A stretch of DNA of 64,000 nt from NCBI GenBank assembly GCA_963748625.1, contig CAVVJT010000004.1, positions 1 to 64,000 on the forward strand, given 5' to 3'. Below, piece after piece: positions 30,958-41,156 of this stretch. The stretch's first letter is position 1; the number at the start of each line of letters is the position of its first letter. Under the pieces are notes generated by a model. It did not search any database and was not told the origin of the DNA. It worked only from the letters and a program-made list of their open reading frames with translations. This stretch comes from an uncultured Chloroflexia bacterium (lineage in GTDB: Bacteria > Chloroflexota > Limnocylindria > Limnocylindrales > CSP1-4). The position numbers and the translations under genes were made by a program.

Positions 30958-31209
30958 GACCATTCTCCTGCACCGCCGGGACGTGCCCGGGCGAGCGGGC
31001 GGCGCTTGGACACTGCCCAGCGCCAGGACGCGGGTCCGCGGTGCCAGCCGCCTCGCTTGGTCGGCTATCCCGCCTCCGACCGTGGCCACCGCAGGCGCTG
31101 CACCGGGGGACGCGCCGGTGGTGGGCCAGTTGCGGGGAGGCCGACGGCTGCCGTCCGCGTGATCCTGCTCGCAGCGAACACCTCGTTCGCGCCACAGGCA
31201 CTTTGACTA

Positions 31210-31283
31210 TGGCGCCCCCGGACGGACGCCGGGGCCTACGAAGCAAAGCGCTCGACGCGCTCGGCTGGTACGCCACCGCGTGA
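31210..31283 (+). repeat. att-like junction R6
   Basis: Perfect core followed by CGCCGGGGCCTACGAAGCAAA; TGGTACGCC at 31266 (+56); reads MAPPDGRRGLRSKALDALGWYATA*. Confidence 0.9.
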
Positions 31284-31314
31284 TGGACGGGCCCGATGCG
31301 CGCCTCGCGGCTCG

Positions 31315-32220
31315 TCAGGAGTGCGGGGGCTCTTCCGCCGCCATCGCGAACTCGGAACACACGGCGAGGAACACGTTGAGGGCCGGGTTCGCGAGCGAGA
31401 GCCTTGCGGCGAAGCCCATCTCGAGCCTCGCGGGCTTCGGGGCCACGACGCGCGAGAGGTCGAGTTCGTCCGGCGCCATGTGCCAGAGCACGTAGGGCCC
31501 GAGGAACACGGTGTTGGGCGTCCGCAGCTTCCGCGCGACCAAGTCGATCTGGTGGGCGTCGACGGTCGAGGCAGGCGCAACCCCGGCGTCCTCGAGGATC
31601 CCGTGGATGACGTCCATGTACTGCGGGTCCTCGGAGAGCTCGACCAGCGTCAGGTCTCGCAGGTCGGCAAGCGGCCGTCCCTCCGGCCGTGCGCCCTCGC
31701 CGCGGGCCGCGAAGAAGTACAGCTCGCCGTAGCTCAGGTGCTGGAACAGGAAGCGCTCGGGCGGCAGCGCTGACGTCCGCATGATCAGGCCGACGTCGAG
31801 CGACCCGTCGAGGACGCCCTCGACGACCTGGTGGGCCTGGAGCGAGCGCACGGACAGGCGCAGGTGGGGGTAGCGCTCCTCCATCGCTGCGAGGATGGGG
31901 TCCAACTGCTCGTGGAGCCCGTAGTACGGCGCGCCGATGGTGAGCGACCCGGCGATGCCTGCCCGACGGGCGTCCACCTCCGCCTTCAGACCGCCGTACA
32001 GATCGAGGATCTCCCGGAAGCCCCCGAGGCACCGCTGCCCCACGTCCGTCAGGACGACCGAGTGCGTGGTCCGGTCGAGGAGCTGGGTGCCGAGCTCCTG
32101 CTCGAGGTCCTGGACGTGCTTGGTCAGCGTCGGCTGCGAGACGTACAGACGGTTCGCGGCGACCGTGTAGTTCAGCGTCTCGGCGAGCATCACGAACTCG
32201 GCCATGTGCTCGAGCTTCAC
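31315..32220 (-). CDS. LysR family regulator
   Basis: LAETLNYTVAANRLYVSQPTLTKHVQDLEQELGTQLLDR; GTG start after GGAGGAGG. Confidence 0.92.
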   Translation of the reverse strand: MKLEHMAEFVMLAETLNYTVAANRLYVSQPTLTKHVQDLEQELGTQLLDRTTHSVVLTDVGQRCLGGFREILDLYGGLKAEVDARRAGIAGSLTIGAPYYGLHEQLDPILAAMEERYPHLRLSVRSLQAHQVVEGVLDGSLDVGLIMRTSALPPERFLFQHLSYGELYFFAARGEGARPEGRPLADLRDLTLVELSEDPQYMDVIHGILEDAGVAPASTVDAHQIDLVARKLRTPNTVFLGPYVLWHMAPDELDLSRVVAPKPARLEMGFAARLSLANPALNVFLAVCSEFAMAAEEPPHS

Positions 32221-32440
32221 GCCTCTGCCACGCCTCCTCCTCCAGCCTCCGCGCCCGACGCACATGACTCTACCGATGATCGTGCGCCGCGGCATGACTT
32301 CATCGGAGATCTTCATTTCCCCTTCCGGAAGCGGCCTCGTAGGCTCGGCGCAGCGACCTGGAGTGGGCGCGCCGTGCGCGGCACGGGCCGACCCGACGCG
32401 ATCACGGAGACTCCGGGCGACACGTTGAAAGGGCTCGTCG

Positions 32441-33821
32441 ATGTCGGAGCGATACCTCAAGCAGACGCCGTATGTGCCGTACGACAAGGACGTCTTCACC
32501 TGGGTCATGAGCGAGGGCGGCCCGATCGCCACGTTCAGCGGTGGCGGCTTCCACCCCTACGAGTACACCGGGTGGCAGGACGAGTGCCTGTCCTGGCACG
32601 AGAGCTGCTTCATCCACGCCGGCCTCAACCCGACGACGACGGCCATCGTCAAGGGCCCCGACGCGCTCAAGATGTTCTCGGACCTGTGCGTGAACAGCTT
32701 CGCCAAGTTCGAGATCGGCCGCTCCAAGCACGCCATCATGTGCGACGAGTTCGGCAAGGTCGTCATCCACGGCGCCCTCCAGAGGCTGGCCGAGGACACC
32801 TTCCGCACCTACTGGCTGTGGCCCTGGGTCGAGTTCGCGGCGCAGCGCGGCAACTACGACGTCGAGGTCGAGAACCTCACCGGCAAGGTCTTCCTCTACC
32901 AGCTCGGTGGCCCCCGCTCGCTCGAGGTGGTCGAAGCCGCGGCCGGCGTCGACCTGCACGACCTCAAGTTCCTCGCCTTCACCGACACCGAGATCGACGG
33001 TCACAAGGTGACCGTCTTCCGAAATCGGCATGTGCGGCACGCTCGCCTACGAGGTGCACGGCGCGATCGAGGACGCCATCCCGGTCTACGAGGCACTGCT
33101 CAAAGCCGGCGAGGCGTTCGGGATCCGCAGGATGGGCCGTAACGCCTACCGCGTGGTCCACACGGAGGGCGGCTTCCCGCAGATCTACTACCACTGGCCG
33201 TTCTCCATCTGGCCGGGCCTGATGGAGTTCGTGGGAGCGCAGGAGGACATCTACGGTCTGGCGCCGTTCTTCTTCACCGGCAGCTCGGACCCGGACTACC
33301 TGGCACACCTGCGGAGCCCGATCGAGCTCGGCTGGTCGCACATGGTCAAGTTCGACCACGAGTTCACGGGCCGCGCCGCGCTTCAGGCCGAGATGGCCGC
33401 CCCGAGGCGGGCCATGGTGACGCTCGAGTGGAATCCTGACGACATCCTGGGCATCTACCAGTCCCAGTTCAACCGCGAGACCGCGGCCACGCCGATGGGC
33501 TGGTCGGACGACTTCGACTTCTACCACGGCAACGGGAACGTCCACGTCGACAAGGTCGTGGACAGCGACGGCAACACCATCGGCCTGAGCTCGGGCCGCA
33601 TGTTCAGCCCGTTCTACCGCCAGATGATCTCGCTCTGCTCGATCGACGTGGCCTACGCGAAGCTCGGCACCGAGGTCACACTCGTGTGGGGCGAGCGCGG
33701 CACGCCCCAGCGGAACATCCGTGCCACCGTCGCCCGGTTCCCCTACGTCGACGAGGGCCGCAATGAGAAGGTCGACACCAACACGATCCCGAGGCTCGCG
33801 GTCGCGCAACCCGTCGGCTAA
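32441..33821 (+). CDS. THF-dependent aminomethyltransferase family (LigM/DesA-like O-demethylase); +1 frameshift near 33023
   Basis: PYEYTGWQDE.LSW..., YQLGGPRSLEV, R-IGMCGTLAYEVHG, VKFDHEFTGR, RQMISLCSID; extra A in CGAAATC. Confidence 0.85.
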
Positions 33822-33863
33822 CCGCCAACACGATCCAGCAGCGCGGTCCAAGTTGACATATCA

Positions 33864-33892
33864 GCAGGGCCTGCCCACCGGGCAGGCCCTGC
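33864..33892. terminator. 13-bp GC hairpin, probable terminator
   Basis: GCAGGGCCTGCCC-ACC-GGGCAGGCCCTGC followed by GATTCGTTT. Confidence 0.65.
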
Positions 33893-33995
33893 GATTCGTT
33901 TCGCTCTCTTGAGGCCCCAAACCCTGAGACGCGACGGAGCCGCGGGCCTTGACAGGGCGACAACGTCGCACATGCTCATGGGTTGGGCTGGAACT

Positions 33996-34071
33996 TGGCG
34001 CCCCCGGACGGATTCGAACCGCCGACGCCAGCCTTAGGACGGCTGCGCTCTATCCACTGAGCTACGGGGGC
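33996..34071 (-). tRNA. tRNA-Arg(CCT)
   Basis: GCCCCCGTAGCTCAGTGGATAGAGCG CAGCC-GTCCTAA-GGCTG ... GGTTCGAATCC ... GGGGGCGCCA; 76 nt with encoded CCA. Confidence 0.97.
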
Positions 34072-34172
34072 GCGCGCAGGGATCGTACCGGACTGCGCGA
34101 GCACCAGCATCCGCGGGCGCGCTTCCACTCCGATCTTCCGTCGCCGCCACCGATGCAGGCGTGCGACAGAGT

Positions 34173-34298
34173 CAACGAAACCCCGCAAGGAGGCGCCGTA
34201 CGCGTGCAAATGGGCGCGGACGCTGCGCGACAGGCAACGAATCGCCCCAAACGGCCGAGTATCAGGGCGAAACACGCCCCCATTGCGGGGTTTCGTTG
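34173..34298. repeat. 126-bp element bounded by a 16-bp perfect inverted repeat (MITE/REP-like)
   Basis: CAACGAAACCCCGCAA (34173-34188) and TTGCGGGGTTTCGTTG (34283-34298). Confidence 0.6.
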
Positions 34299-34373
34299 CG
34301 AAGCAGGCAATTCCCGCTCGGCGGGCACCTCGCCGGGACGGGTAGGCGATCAGCCCTGCCAGTCCGTCGGCCC

Positions 34374-34763
34374 CTACTCGCGGTTGCGCATCGCGTCGGC
34401 CGCCATCGCCATGTACTCGTGGAGACGAGTGGCGATCTCGGGCGCCGCCCCGGAGGCATCAATGGCCGCACGCATGTGGAGCAGCCACCGGTCCCGCTCG
34501 AGCTCGCCGATCGAGAACGGGAGGTGGCGCGCCCGCAGCCGCGGGTGGCCGCGCTCCGCGAGATAGGTGGTGGGGCCGCCCCAGTACTGGACGAGGAACA
34601 GCGTGAGGCGCCTGCGGGCCCCCGCGAGGTCCTCCTCCGGATACAGCGGGCGGAGCACGTCATCGGTGGCTACGCCCTCGTAGAACCGGTCCACGAGGCA
34701 CTCGAAGAAGGGCATGCCGCCGGCCTGCTCGTACAACGTTGCGGTGGTGGGCTCGGGAGACAT
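34374..34763 (-). CDS. glbO: Group II truncated hemoglobin
   Basis: LYEQAGG...LVDRFYEGV..D..LRPLYP...FLVQYWGGP..Y...RGHPRLRARH.PF.I...ERDRWL. Confidence 0.92.
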   Translation of the reverse strand: MSPEPTTATLYEQAGGMPFFECLVDRFYEGVATDDVLRPLYPEEDLAGARRRLTLFLVQYWGGPTTYLAERGHPRLRARHLPFSIGELERDRWLLHMRAAIDASGAAPEIATRLHEYMAMAADAMRNRE

Positions 34764-34831
34764 CGCAACGATTCTAGGCAGACCCCATCCCGCACGAAGG
34801 CCGATCCCGCAAGCTTGCCTACAATGCCCCC

Positions 34832-35125
34832 GTGACCACTCCCCTCCCCGACGTCCCCGAACTCGTGTTCTACAGCCGGCCGGGCTGCCACCTGTGCGAG
34901 CAGGCCCACGAGGCGCTCGACGCCGCGCTCGCCCAGCGGGCGGCCGCCGGCCTTCCGAACCCGACGGTCGTGACACGCGACATCGACCAGGATGACGAGC
35001 TCCACAAGCGCTACATGGTGACGATCCCGGTGATCGCGTTTGGCGGCCAGGAGCTCGAGATGGTCACCAGCCCCGCCAGGATCCGCCGCCTCCTCGCCGA
35101 GACGCTCGACGGAATCACCGCATGA
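34832..35125 (+). CDS. Glutaredoxin-like (DUF836) protein
   Basis: YSRPGCHLCE...DIDQD.EL..RY...IPV. Confidence 0.88.
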   Translation: MTTPLPDVPELVFYSRPGCHLCEQAHEALDAALAQRAAAGLPNPTVVTRDIDQDDELHKRYMVTIPVIAFGGQELEMVTSPARIRRLLAETLDGITA

Positions 35126-35937
35126 CCGCCGGCACAGACCCGACCCTGCTGCTCGCGATCGTCGCGGGCCTGCTCTCGTTCGTCTCGCCCTGCGTCCTGC
35201 CGCTGGTGCCCGCGTACCTCGGCCAGCTCACCGCGGTGTCCGTCGCAGCCTCCGGGCCGGGCATCCAGCCCAGCCGCTGGCGCGCCGTGCGCCACGCCTG
35301 CGTCTACGTGCTGGGCTTCGGCTCCATCTTCACCTTGCTCGGCCTGACGGCCACGTTCGCCGGCGGGTTCCTGGTGGACTACATGCGCCCGCTGCGCATC
35401 ATCGGCGGCGCGATCCTCGTGATCATGGGCCTCAGCCTCGCGGGACTCCTCAAGATCCCGGTCCTGGAGCGCGCCTGGCGGCCGCTCGATGCCGGCGCCG
35501 CCGCGGGGGTGTCCGAGATGACCGGCAGCATGAGCCTCGCCCCGGCGGGTGGAGCCGGCGTCGGCGGCAAGGTCGGCAACAGGCTCGTGGGCAACCGGGC
35601 GGGCTACACCGCCTCGTTCATGCTCGGGGCGGTCTTCGCCGTGGGCTGGACGCCGTGCATCGGGCCGATGCTCGGCGGCATCCTCATGCTCGCCTCGTCG
35701 TCCACCACGCAGCTCCAGGGCGCGCTGCTCCTGGTTGCCTACACGCTGGGCCTGGGGATCCCGTTCATCATCATCGCGGCCTTCTACGACCGCTCCCGGC
35801 GGTTCATGCGGTTCCTCGTCAAGCACGGCAGGGTCATGGCGCTCGTCGGCGGCCTTCTGGTCGCGGCGATCGGGCTCGCGATGATGTTCGACATGCTCTC
35901 GCTGCTGCCGCGGTACTTCAACTTCGGGGCGCTGTGA
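35122..35937 (+). CDS. ccdA: Cytochrome c biogenesis protein CcdA
   Basis: AGLLSFVSPCVLPLVPAY and FAVGWTPCIGP. Confidence 0.93.
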   Translation: MTAGTDPTLLLAIVAGLLSFVSPCVLPLVPAYLGQLTAVSVAASGPGIQPSRWRAVRHACVYVLGFGSIFTLLGLTATFAGGFLVDYMRPLRIIGGAILVIMGLSLAGLLKIPVLERAWRPLDAGAAAGVSEMTGSMSLAPAGGAGVGGKVGNRLVGNRAGYTASFMLGAVFAVGWTPCIGPMLGGILMLASSSTTQLQGALLLVAYTLGLGIPFIIIAAFYDRSRRFMRFLVKHGRVMALVGGLLVAAIGLAMMFDMLSLLPRYFNFGAL

Positions 35938-36632
35938 CGCAGGACGACGAGACGCCCCCCGCCCGCGGGGCACCAGGACGACGTGGTCTCATCGGTCCGT
36001 TCACCGCGCGCCAGCTGGGCATCGCCGCCGCCGTCGTGATCGTCGCCGCGGTCGGCCTCTTCGTCCTGACCCGCCCCATCGCGAGCGTGCCCGGCGCGGG
36101 CAGCCTGCCCACCCCGCTGCCCCAGGCGACCCCGTATCTCGTCGGCGAGGCGAAGGAGGGGCTCAAGGTCGGCGACCTCGCGCCAGAGCTCAGCTGGCAG
36201 GCCGACGACGGCTCCACCGCCACGCTGACCGATCTCGACGGCAACGCCATCACCCTCGAGAGCCTGCGCGGCAAGCTCGTGTGGCTCAACTTCTGGGCCT
36301 CCTGGTGCCCGCCGTGCCAGGGCGAGACGCCGGTCCTGCGCGAGCTCGACGAGCGCTACCGGGACCAGGGCCTCGCGATCGTCGGCGTCGCAGTCCAGGA
36401 GACAGCTCCGGGTGTCGTCCGCGGGTACGTGGAGAAGTACGGACTCGAGTTCCCCATCGGCTTCGACGCCACCGCCGACGTCTTCGATCGCTACCGCGTG
36501 TTCGCCCTGCCCACGCAGTACTTCATCGGGCCGGACGGGCGGATTCTGGGCGTGGTGAACGGCCCGCTCGATACCGATCAAGGCGCACGCCTGGTGGAAG
36601 GCTGGCTGCCGGCCGACGCCACCGGCGGCTGA
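35934..36632 (+). CDS. TlpA/ResA-like thiol-disulfide oxidoreductase
   Basis: TM anchor; LNFWASWCPPC; LPTQYFI. Confidence 0.92.
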   Translation: MTQDDETPPARGAPGRRGLIGPFTARQLGIAAAVVIVAAVGLFVLTRPIASVPGAGSLPTPLPQATPYLVGEAKEGLKVGDLAPELSWQADDGSTATLTDLDGNAITLESLRGKLVWLNFWASWCPPCQGETPVLRELDERYRDQGLAIVGVAVQETAPGVVRGYVEKYGLEFPIGFDATADVFDRYRVFALPTQYFIGPDGRILGVVNGPLDTDQGARLVEGWLPADATGG

Positions 36633-36681
36633 CGGGTCCGCTACGCTCCGGGCACGCGCAGCCACCACGCCACGGAGTCCC

Positions 36682-37461
36682 ATGTTCGCGTCGCAGCTCC
36701 TCGATCCGGTCCCCGTCCTGGGTGTCTTCCTCGGCTTTGCGATCCTCGCCCTGATCGTGTTCGAGATCGGGTTCCGCTTCGGCAGGTGGTGGCAGCACCG
36801 CACGCCCGACCACAAGGAGGGCCCGACCGGCATGCTGGTGGGCTCCCTGCTCGCGCTGTTGGGCTTCCTGCTGGCGGTCACGATGGGGATGGCGGCCGAC
36901 CGGTTCGACACCCGCCGGGCGCTCGTGCTCACCGAGGCCAACGCGATCGGCACCACCTACCTGCGCGCCGGCTACCTGCCGGAGCCCTATGCGACCGACG
37001 CGAGGCGCCTGTTGCGCGTCTACGTCCCGCTGCGCGTCAACAACGCCGACGCCGCGACGTTCCGGGCCAACCAGGTCGCGTCCGGCAAGGTCCTCGAGCT
37101 GCTCTGGACCGATGTCGAGGCGATGGCGCCCACAGAGGGCGACTCCGAGATCTTCGCGCTCTACGTGGAGACGCTCAACGAGACGATCGACCTCCAGAAT
37201 GCCCGCGGCGTGGCCGTGCTGTACGCCCGCGTGCCTGAGACGGTCCTCCTGATGCTGCTGCTGGGCGAGATCCTCACGATGGGCGTGGTGGGCTACAGCG
37301 CAGGCCTGTCAGGCAGCCGGGGCATCCTCACCGCCGTGGTGCTGGTGATGGTCCTGGGGGCCGTCCTGACGCTGGTGGTGGACCTCGACCGGCCGCGCGA
37401 CGGGCTCCTCACGGTGAACCAGCAGCCGATGATCGACCTCGCGGAGCAGATCGACTCCTGA
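36682..37461 (+). CDS. DUF4239-like membrane protein
   Basis: RFDTRR.LV..EANAIGTTYLRA; DLDRPRDG. Confidence 0.75.
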   Translation: MFASQLLDPVPVLGVFLGFAILALIVFEIGFRFGRWWQHRTPDHKEGPTGMLVGSLLALLGFLLAVTMGMAADRFDTRRALVLTEANAIGTTYLRAGYLPEPYATDARRLLRVYVPLRVNNADAATFRANQVASGKVLELLWTDVEAMAPTEGDSEIFALYVETLNETIDLQNARGVAVLYARVPETVLLMLLLGEILTMGVVGYSAGLSGSRGILTAVVLVMVLGAVLTLVVDLDRPRDGLLTVNQQPMIDLAEQIDS

Positions 37462-37498
37462 AGCCGTGCGGCGCCAGCGTGCGCGGCGCGAGCGGGAG

Positions 37499-38365
37499 CT
37501 ACAGGCCGTCGAACCTGAACCGGTCCCTGTCCGGGATCAGCTTGCCCACCGGCATCCGCGCCTCGTGGCTCAGCACGACCGTCCAGTCGTCCTCGACGGC
37601 GCGCCGGAACAGCTCGCCCTTGACCTGGACCGAGTCCAGCGGGAAGTCGTCGAAGGCCGTGACCCAGCGCGGATTGGCCGACCAGGGCCGCATCGCCAGA
37701 TCGCCGAAGAACGCGACGGACCTGGCCCCCGGGCCCGTGCCGCGGATGACCACCGCCTGGTGGCCCGCTGAGTGGCCGCCGGTCCGCACCACGCTCACGC
37801 CCGGCAGCAGCTCGCGGTCACCCTCGACCCAGCCCTCCGCACCCCAGTCCGCGACGAGGCGCAGCTCGGGCTGGTCGTAGGACGCCAGCACCCGGGAGTT
37901 CCCGCCCAGCGCGATCTCCCACTCGGCGCGCTGGGCCACGATCGTCGCCCGCGGGAACGCCTTCGTCCCATCCGCGAGCAGCAGCCCGCCCGCGTGGTCG
38001 AAGTGCAGGTGGCTCATCGCCACGACGTCCACCGACGCCGGGTCGAAACCCGCCTGGCGGAGCGCAGGCACGACGGGTGCGCCCGTGTAGCCGCGCATCG
38101 CGGTGTGCTTGGCGTCCATGCGCTCGCCGATGCCGGTCTCGATCAGCACCCGGCCGGCCGGCGTCTCCACGAGCAGACAGTTGAGCGCCTGGGTCAGGCG
38201 CCGGTCCTCGTCGAGCTCCGCCTCGGCCCACGGCCGCCAGAGGATCCAGGGCACCGGGCCCAGCAGGGTGCCGGCGTCGGACTTGAAGGTCCCGGCCTGG
38301 ATGAGCGCGACAGTTGTCCCGCCACCGAGGTCCGCACGCCAGTGGACGGCGTCGTTGATCCCCAT
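37499..38365 (-). CDS. MBL-fold metallo-hydrolase (YtnP-like)
   Basis: SHLHFDHAGG, GGHSAGH, FFGDL, LSHE. Confidence 0.9.
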   Translation of the reverse strand: MGINDAVHWRADLGGGTTVALIQAGTFKSDAGTLLGPVPWILWRPWAEAELDEDRRLTQALNCLLVETPAGRVLIETGIGERMDAKHTAMRGYTGAPVVPALRQAGFDPASVDVVAMSHLHFDHAGGLLLADGTKAFPRATIVAQRAEWEIALGGNSRVLASYDQPELRLVADWGAEGWVEGDRELLPGVSVVRTGGHSAGHQAVVIRGTGPGARSVAFFGDLAMRPWSANPRWVTAFDDFPLDSVQVKGELFRRAVEDDWTVVLSHEARMPVGKLIPDRDRFRFDGL

Positions 38366-38375
38366 CCGCCGGTCC

Positions 38376-38969
38376 TCAGCTCTTCCCGGGCAGCTTCCGG
38401 CCGCGTTCGAAGTCCGCGTGGAAGGCGGACGCCGTGGGCTCCGACTGGCCCTGGTACTTGGAGCCGAGCTCCTTGGAGCCGTACGGGCGCTCCACGGGCG
38501 AGCTCATCCGGAAGAAGCTGATCTGGCCGATGCGCATCCCGAAGTAGAGCGCGATCGGCAGGTTGGCCACGTTGGACAGCTCGAGGGTGAGCGTGCCCTT
38601 CCAGCCCGGGTCCACGTAGCCCGCGGTGGAGTGGATGAGCAGCCCGAGCCGGCCCAGCGAGGACTTGCCCTCCAGGCGTGCGACCAGGTCGTCCGGCAGC
38701 TCCACCCATTCGAGCGTCTGGCCCAGCACGAACTCGCCCGGGTGCAGGATGAAGGGCTCGTCGTCCCCCACCGTCAGCATCTCCGTGAGGTCCGGCTGCG
38801 GCATGCGCGGGTCGATGAACGCGTAGCGGTTGTTGCGGAAGACGCGGAAGCTGCGGTCCAGGTGCAGGTCCACCGACGACGGCTGCAGGTCAGCCGGGTC
38901 GTACGGATCGATCCGGACCCGCCCGGACTCCAGCTCCGTGCGGATGTCGCGATCAGCCAGGACGCTCAT
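38376..38969 (-). CDS. dcd: dCTP deaminase
   Basis: [47 protein letters not shown]. Confidence 0.96.
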   Translation of the reverse strand: MSVLADRDIRTELESGRVRIDPYDPADLQPSSVDLHLDRSFRVFRNNRYAFIDPRMPQPDLTEMLTVGDDEPFILHPGEFVLGQTLEWVELPDDLVARLEGKSSLGRLGLLIHSTAGYVDPGWKGTLTLELSNVANLPIALYFGMRIGQISFFRMSSPVERPYGSKELGSKYQGQSEPTASAFHADFERGRKLPGKS

Positions 38970-39449
38970 CTACCCTCGCTTCCCTTTCTTCGGCGTGCCC
39001 TCGGCCAGCAGCGCGTCCACCTCGCGCTTGAGATCCTCGAGGTCCTCGAAGCTCTGGTAGACCGATGCGAACCGGATATAGGCGATGTGGTCCAAGGCAC
39101 GCAAGCGGTCCATCGCGAGCGCCCCGACGCGGGAGCTGGGGATCTCCGACTGGCCTGAGCCGCGCAGCTCCGTCTCGATGGAGTCCGCCGCACGCTCGGC
39201 CGCATCGTCCGGGACCGGGCGACGGGTCAGTGCCTTCGCCAGCCCCGATGCGAGCTTCTCCCGATCGAACTCCTGGCGGGTGCCATCGCGCTTGACCACG
39301 ACCAGGCGCGCCGCCTCCACGCGCTCGTAGGTGGTGAAGCGGGCGGTGCAGGCCGGGCACTCCCGGCGCCGACGGATCGTGGTGGACTCGTCGAGGTCAC
39401 GCGAGTCCACGACGCGCGTGTCCCGGGTTGCGCACTGGGGGCAGCGCAT
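38970..39449 (-). CDS. nrdR: Transcriptional repressor NrdR
   Basis: MRCPQC...VVDSR...RRRRECPAC..RFTTYE; ATP cone; AYIRFASVY. Confidence 0.97.
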   Translation of the reverse strand: MRCPQCATRDTRVVDSRDLDESTTIRRRRECPACTARFTTYERVEAARLVVVKRDGTRQEFDREKLASGLAKALTRRPVPDDAAERAADSIETELRGSGQSEIPSSRVGALAMDRLRALDHIAYIRFASVYQSFEDLEDLKREVDALLAEGTPKKGKRG

Positions 39450-39471
39450 TGGCCCTCGAATCCTCCTCGCA

Positions 39472-39518
39472 CCACTATCCCTTGTGGTGTGGGGTCAGGA
39501 TACCACTACATGCGGTGG
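39472..39518. promoter_or_regulatory. Tandem NrdR boxes
   Basis: CCACTATCCCTTGTGG (39472) and CCACTACATGCGGTGG (39503): 16-bp imperfect palindromes 31 bp apart, directly upstream of nrdR. Confidence 0.8.
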
Positions 39519-39520
39519 TC

Positions 39521-40132
39521 TCAGGACCCGATCGGCAGGTCGTCCTCGACGCTCCCGTAGATGGGCAGGCTGGCGGTCGCGACCGCTCCGGCCACGGCGC
39601 CGGGATGGTCCATGTCGGCCGGCACGAGATTCCCGATCCTGACCGCGAGTCGCGAGGCCTCGTCGATCGCATTGCGCAGGTTCAGCGCGGCGCGCTTGAG
39701 CGACGTTGACGCCTCCGCCTGCCGCGTCGCGCGCTGGTCGAGCATGCCGGCGAGGCCCAGCTCTGCAAGTTCGGCGGACCGGAGCGCACGGGCCACCTCG
39801 CCTGCGAGCGCACCGGCGAGCGGCTCCAGGCCCCGGGGTGCGTGGAGACCGCCCCTGGCCTCCTCGGCGACGGCTCGCAGCGCCGGGAGCACCGTGCCAA
39901 GCCGCTCTTGCGTGACCGCCGGATCCGCACTCCGGCGACGCAGGTCCTCCAGGTCGCGGACAAGCGGGTCACCGGCAGCGGCAAGGGTGCGGGCCACGCG
40001 GGTGGCGGCCAGCTGGAACTGGGCAAGCTCGCGCGCGCGGCGCAACGTCCGCACAAGCTGGGCCACGGTGGCCACCGCCAGCAGTGCGAGCGCGGCCAGC
40101 AGGCCGACCAGCACCAGCGCTTCGAGCGTCAC
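39521..40132 (-). CDS. Hypothetical membrane-anchored helical protein
   Basis: N-terminal TM helix then Ala/Arg-rich helices; in the same operon direction as etfA. Confidence 0.65.
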   Translation of the reverse strand: MTLEALVLVGLLAALALLAVATVAQLVRTLRRARELAQFQLAATRVARTLAAAGDPLVRDLEDLRRRSADPAVTQERLGTVLPALRAVAEEARGGLHAPRGLEPLAGALAGEVARALRSAELAELGLAGMLDQRATRQAEASTSLKRAALNLRNAIDEASRLAVRIGNLVPADMDHPGAVAGAVATASLPIYGSVEDDLPIGS

Positions 40133-40172
40133 TCCCTGTCCCCCGTCCCCTGCTACCTGCTCCCTGGATCGA

Positions 40173-41156
40173 TCAACCCTTCCGGGCACGCACCTCGGCT
40201 GCCAGTGCCGGCGCCACCTCGAAGAGGTCGCCGATCACGAACAAGTCCGCGATCTCGGTCATCGGGGCGTCCGGGTCCTTGTTCACGCAGATGATCGTCT
40301 CGGACCCCTGCATGCCCACACGATGCTGCATCGCGCCTGAGACGCCAAGTCCCACGTAGAGCGCAGGCTTGACGATGCGCCCCGTCTGGCCGACCTGGCG
40401 GGAGTACGGGATCCAGCCCGCATCCACCGCGGCCCTTGAGGCACCCACGACCCCGCCGAGCGCGTCCGCGAGGTCCTCGACCGTCGCGAAGCCCTCGACG
40501 CTCCCGACGCCCCGGCCGCCGACGACGACGACGCGGGCCTCCTCGAGCGACACCTGGCCGCCTGCCTCGGCGACGCGGTCCACCACCGTCACCGCGGCGA
40601 CAGCCGGGTCGGCGACGGGCTCGCGCGTCTCAACCGCGCCCGGGGCCTCGGCCTCGACGGCGGTCACGGCGCTGGACCGGACGGTGAGCGCGCCGTTTGC
40701 AACGGTCAACGTGCTCCGCACCACGGCCTTGCCGCCCAGGACCGCGGACGTCATCACCGGCGCGTCACCGCTCCAGGTGGCGGCGTCGGCGTTGGCGAGG
40801 TAGCCCCAGCCGGTGAAGGCCAGCAGGCCGCCGATCACGTCGCGGCCATCGGCGGTGGCTCCGGCGAGCACGTGGGTGACACCCTCGTCCACCAGCCGCC
40901 GGACCTCGGCGAGCACGTGCGGGGCGGGCACGCCGGACGCCACCCGGGGCTCCACAACGACAACGACGCGCGGCAGGTACGCCGCCAGCTCCTCGCCCAC
41001 AGCGGCGGCGGCGCCGGGATCGGCGTCCACAACCAGGCCCAGGGCCTGCCCGCCGGCCTCCCCGGCCAGGGAGCGCGCCAGCGTGGCGACTTCCGCGGAG
41101 AGCCGGGTGAGCTGGCCGTCAGCGACCTCCGCGACGGCGAGGATGACGGGGGGCAT
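40173..41156 (-). CDS. etfA: Electron transfer flavoprotein alpha subunit
   Basis: VVGGRGVG, GASRAAVDAGW, QVGQTG, GVSGAMQH..GM, NKDPDAP. Confidence 0.96.
   Translation of the reverse strand: MPPVILAVAEVADGQLTRLSAEVATLARSLAGEAGGQALGLVVDADPGAAAAVGEELAAYLPRVVVVVEPRVASGVPAPHVLAEVRRLVDEGVTHVLAGATADGRDVIGGLLAFTGWGYLANADAATWSGDAPVMTSAVLGGKAVVRSTLTVANGALTVRSSAVTAVEAEAPGAVETREPVADPAVAAVTVVDRVAEAGGQVSLEEARVVVVGGRGVGSVEGFATVEDLADALGGVVGASRAAVDAGWIPYSRQVGQTGRIVKPALYVGLGVSGAMQHRVGMQGSETIICVNKDPDAPMTEIADLFVIGDLFEVAPALAAEVRARKG

Noticed and set aside
33015-33035. Programmed ribosomal frameshift in the demethylase gene
   Set aside because: No slippery heptamer or stimulatory structure; a single extra A fits an indel error.
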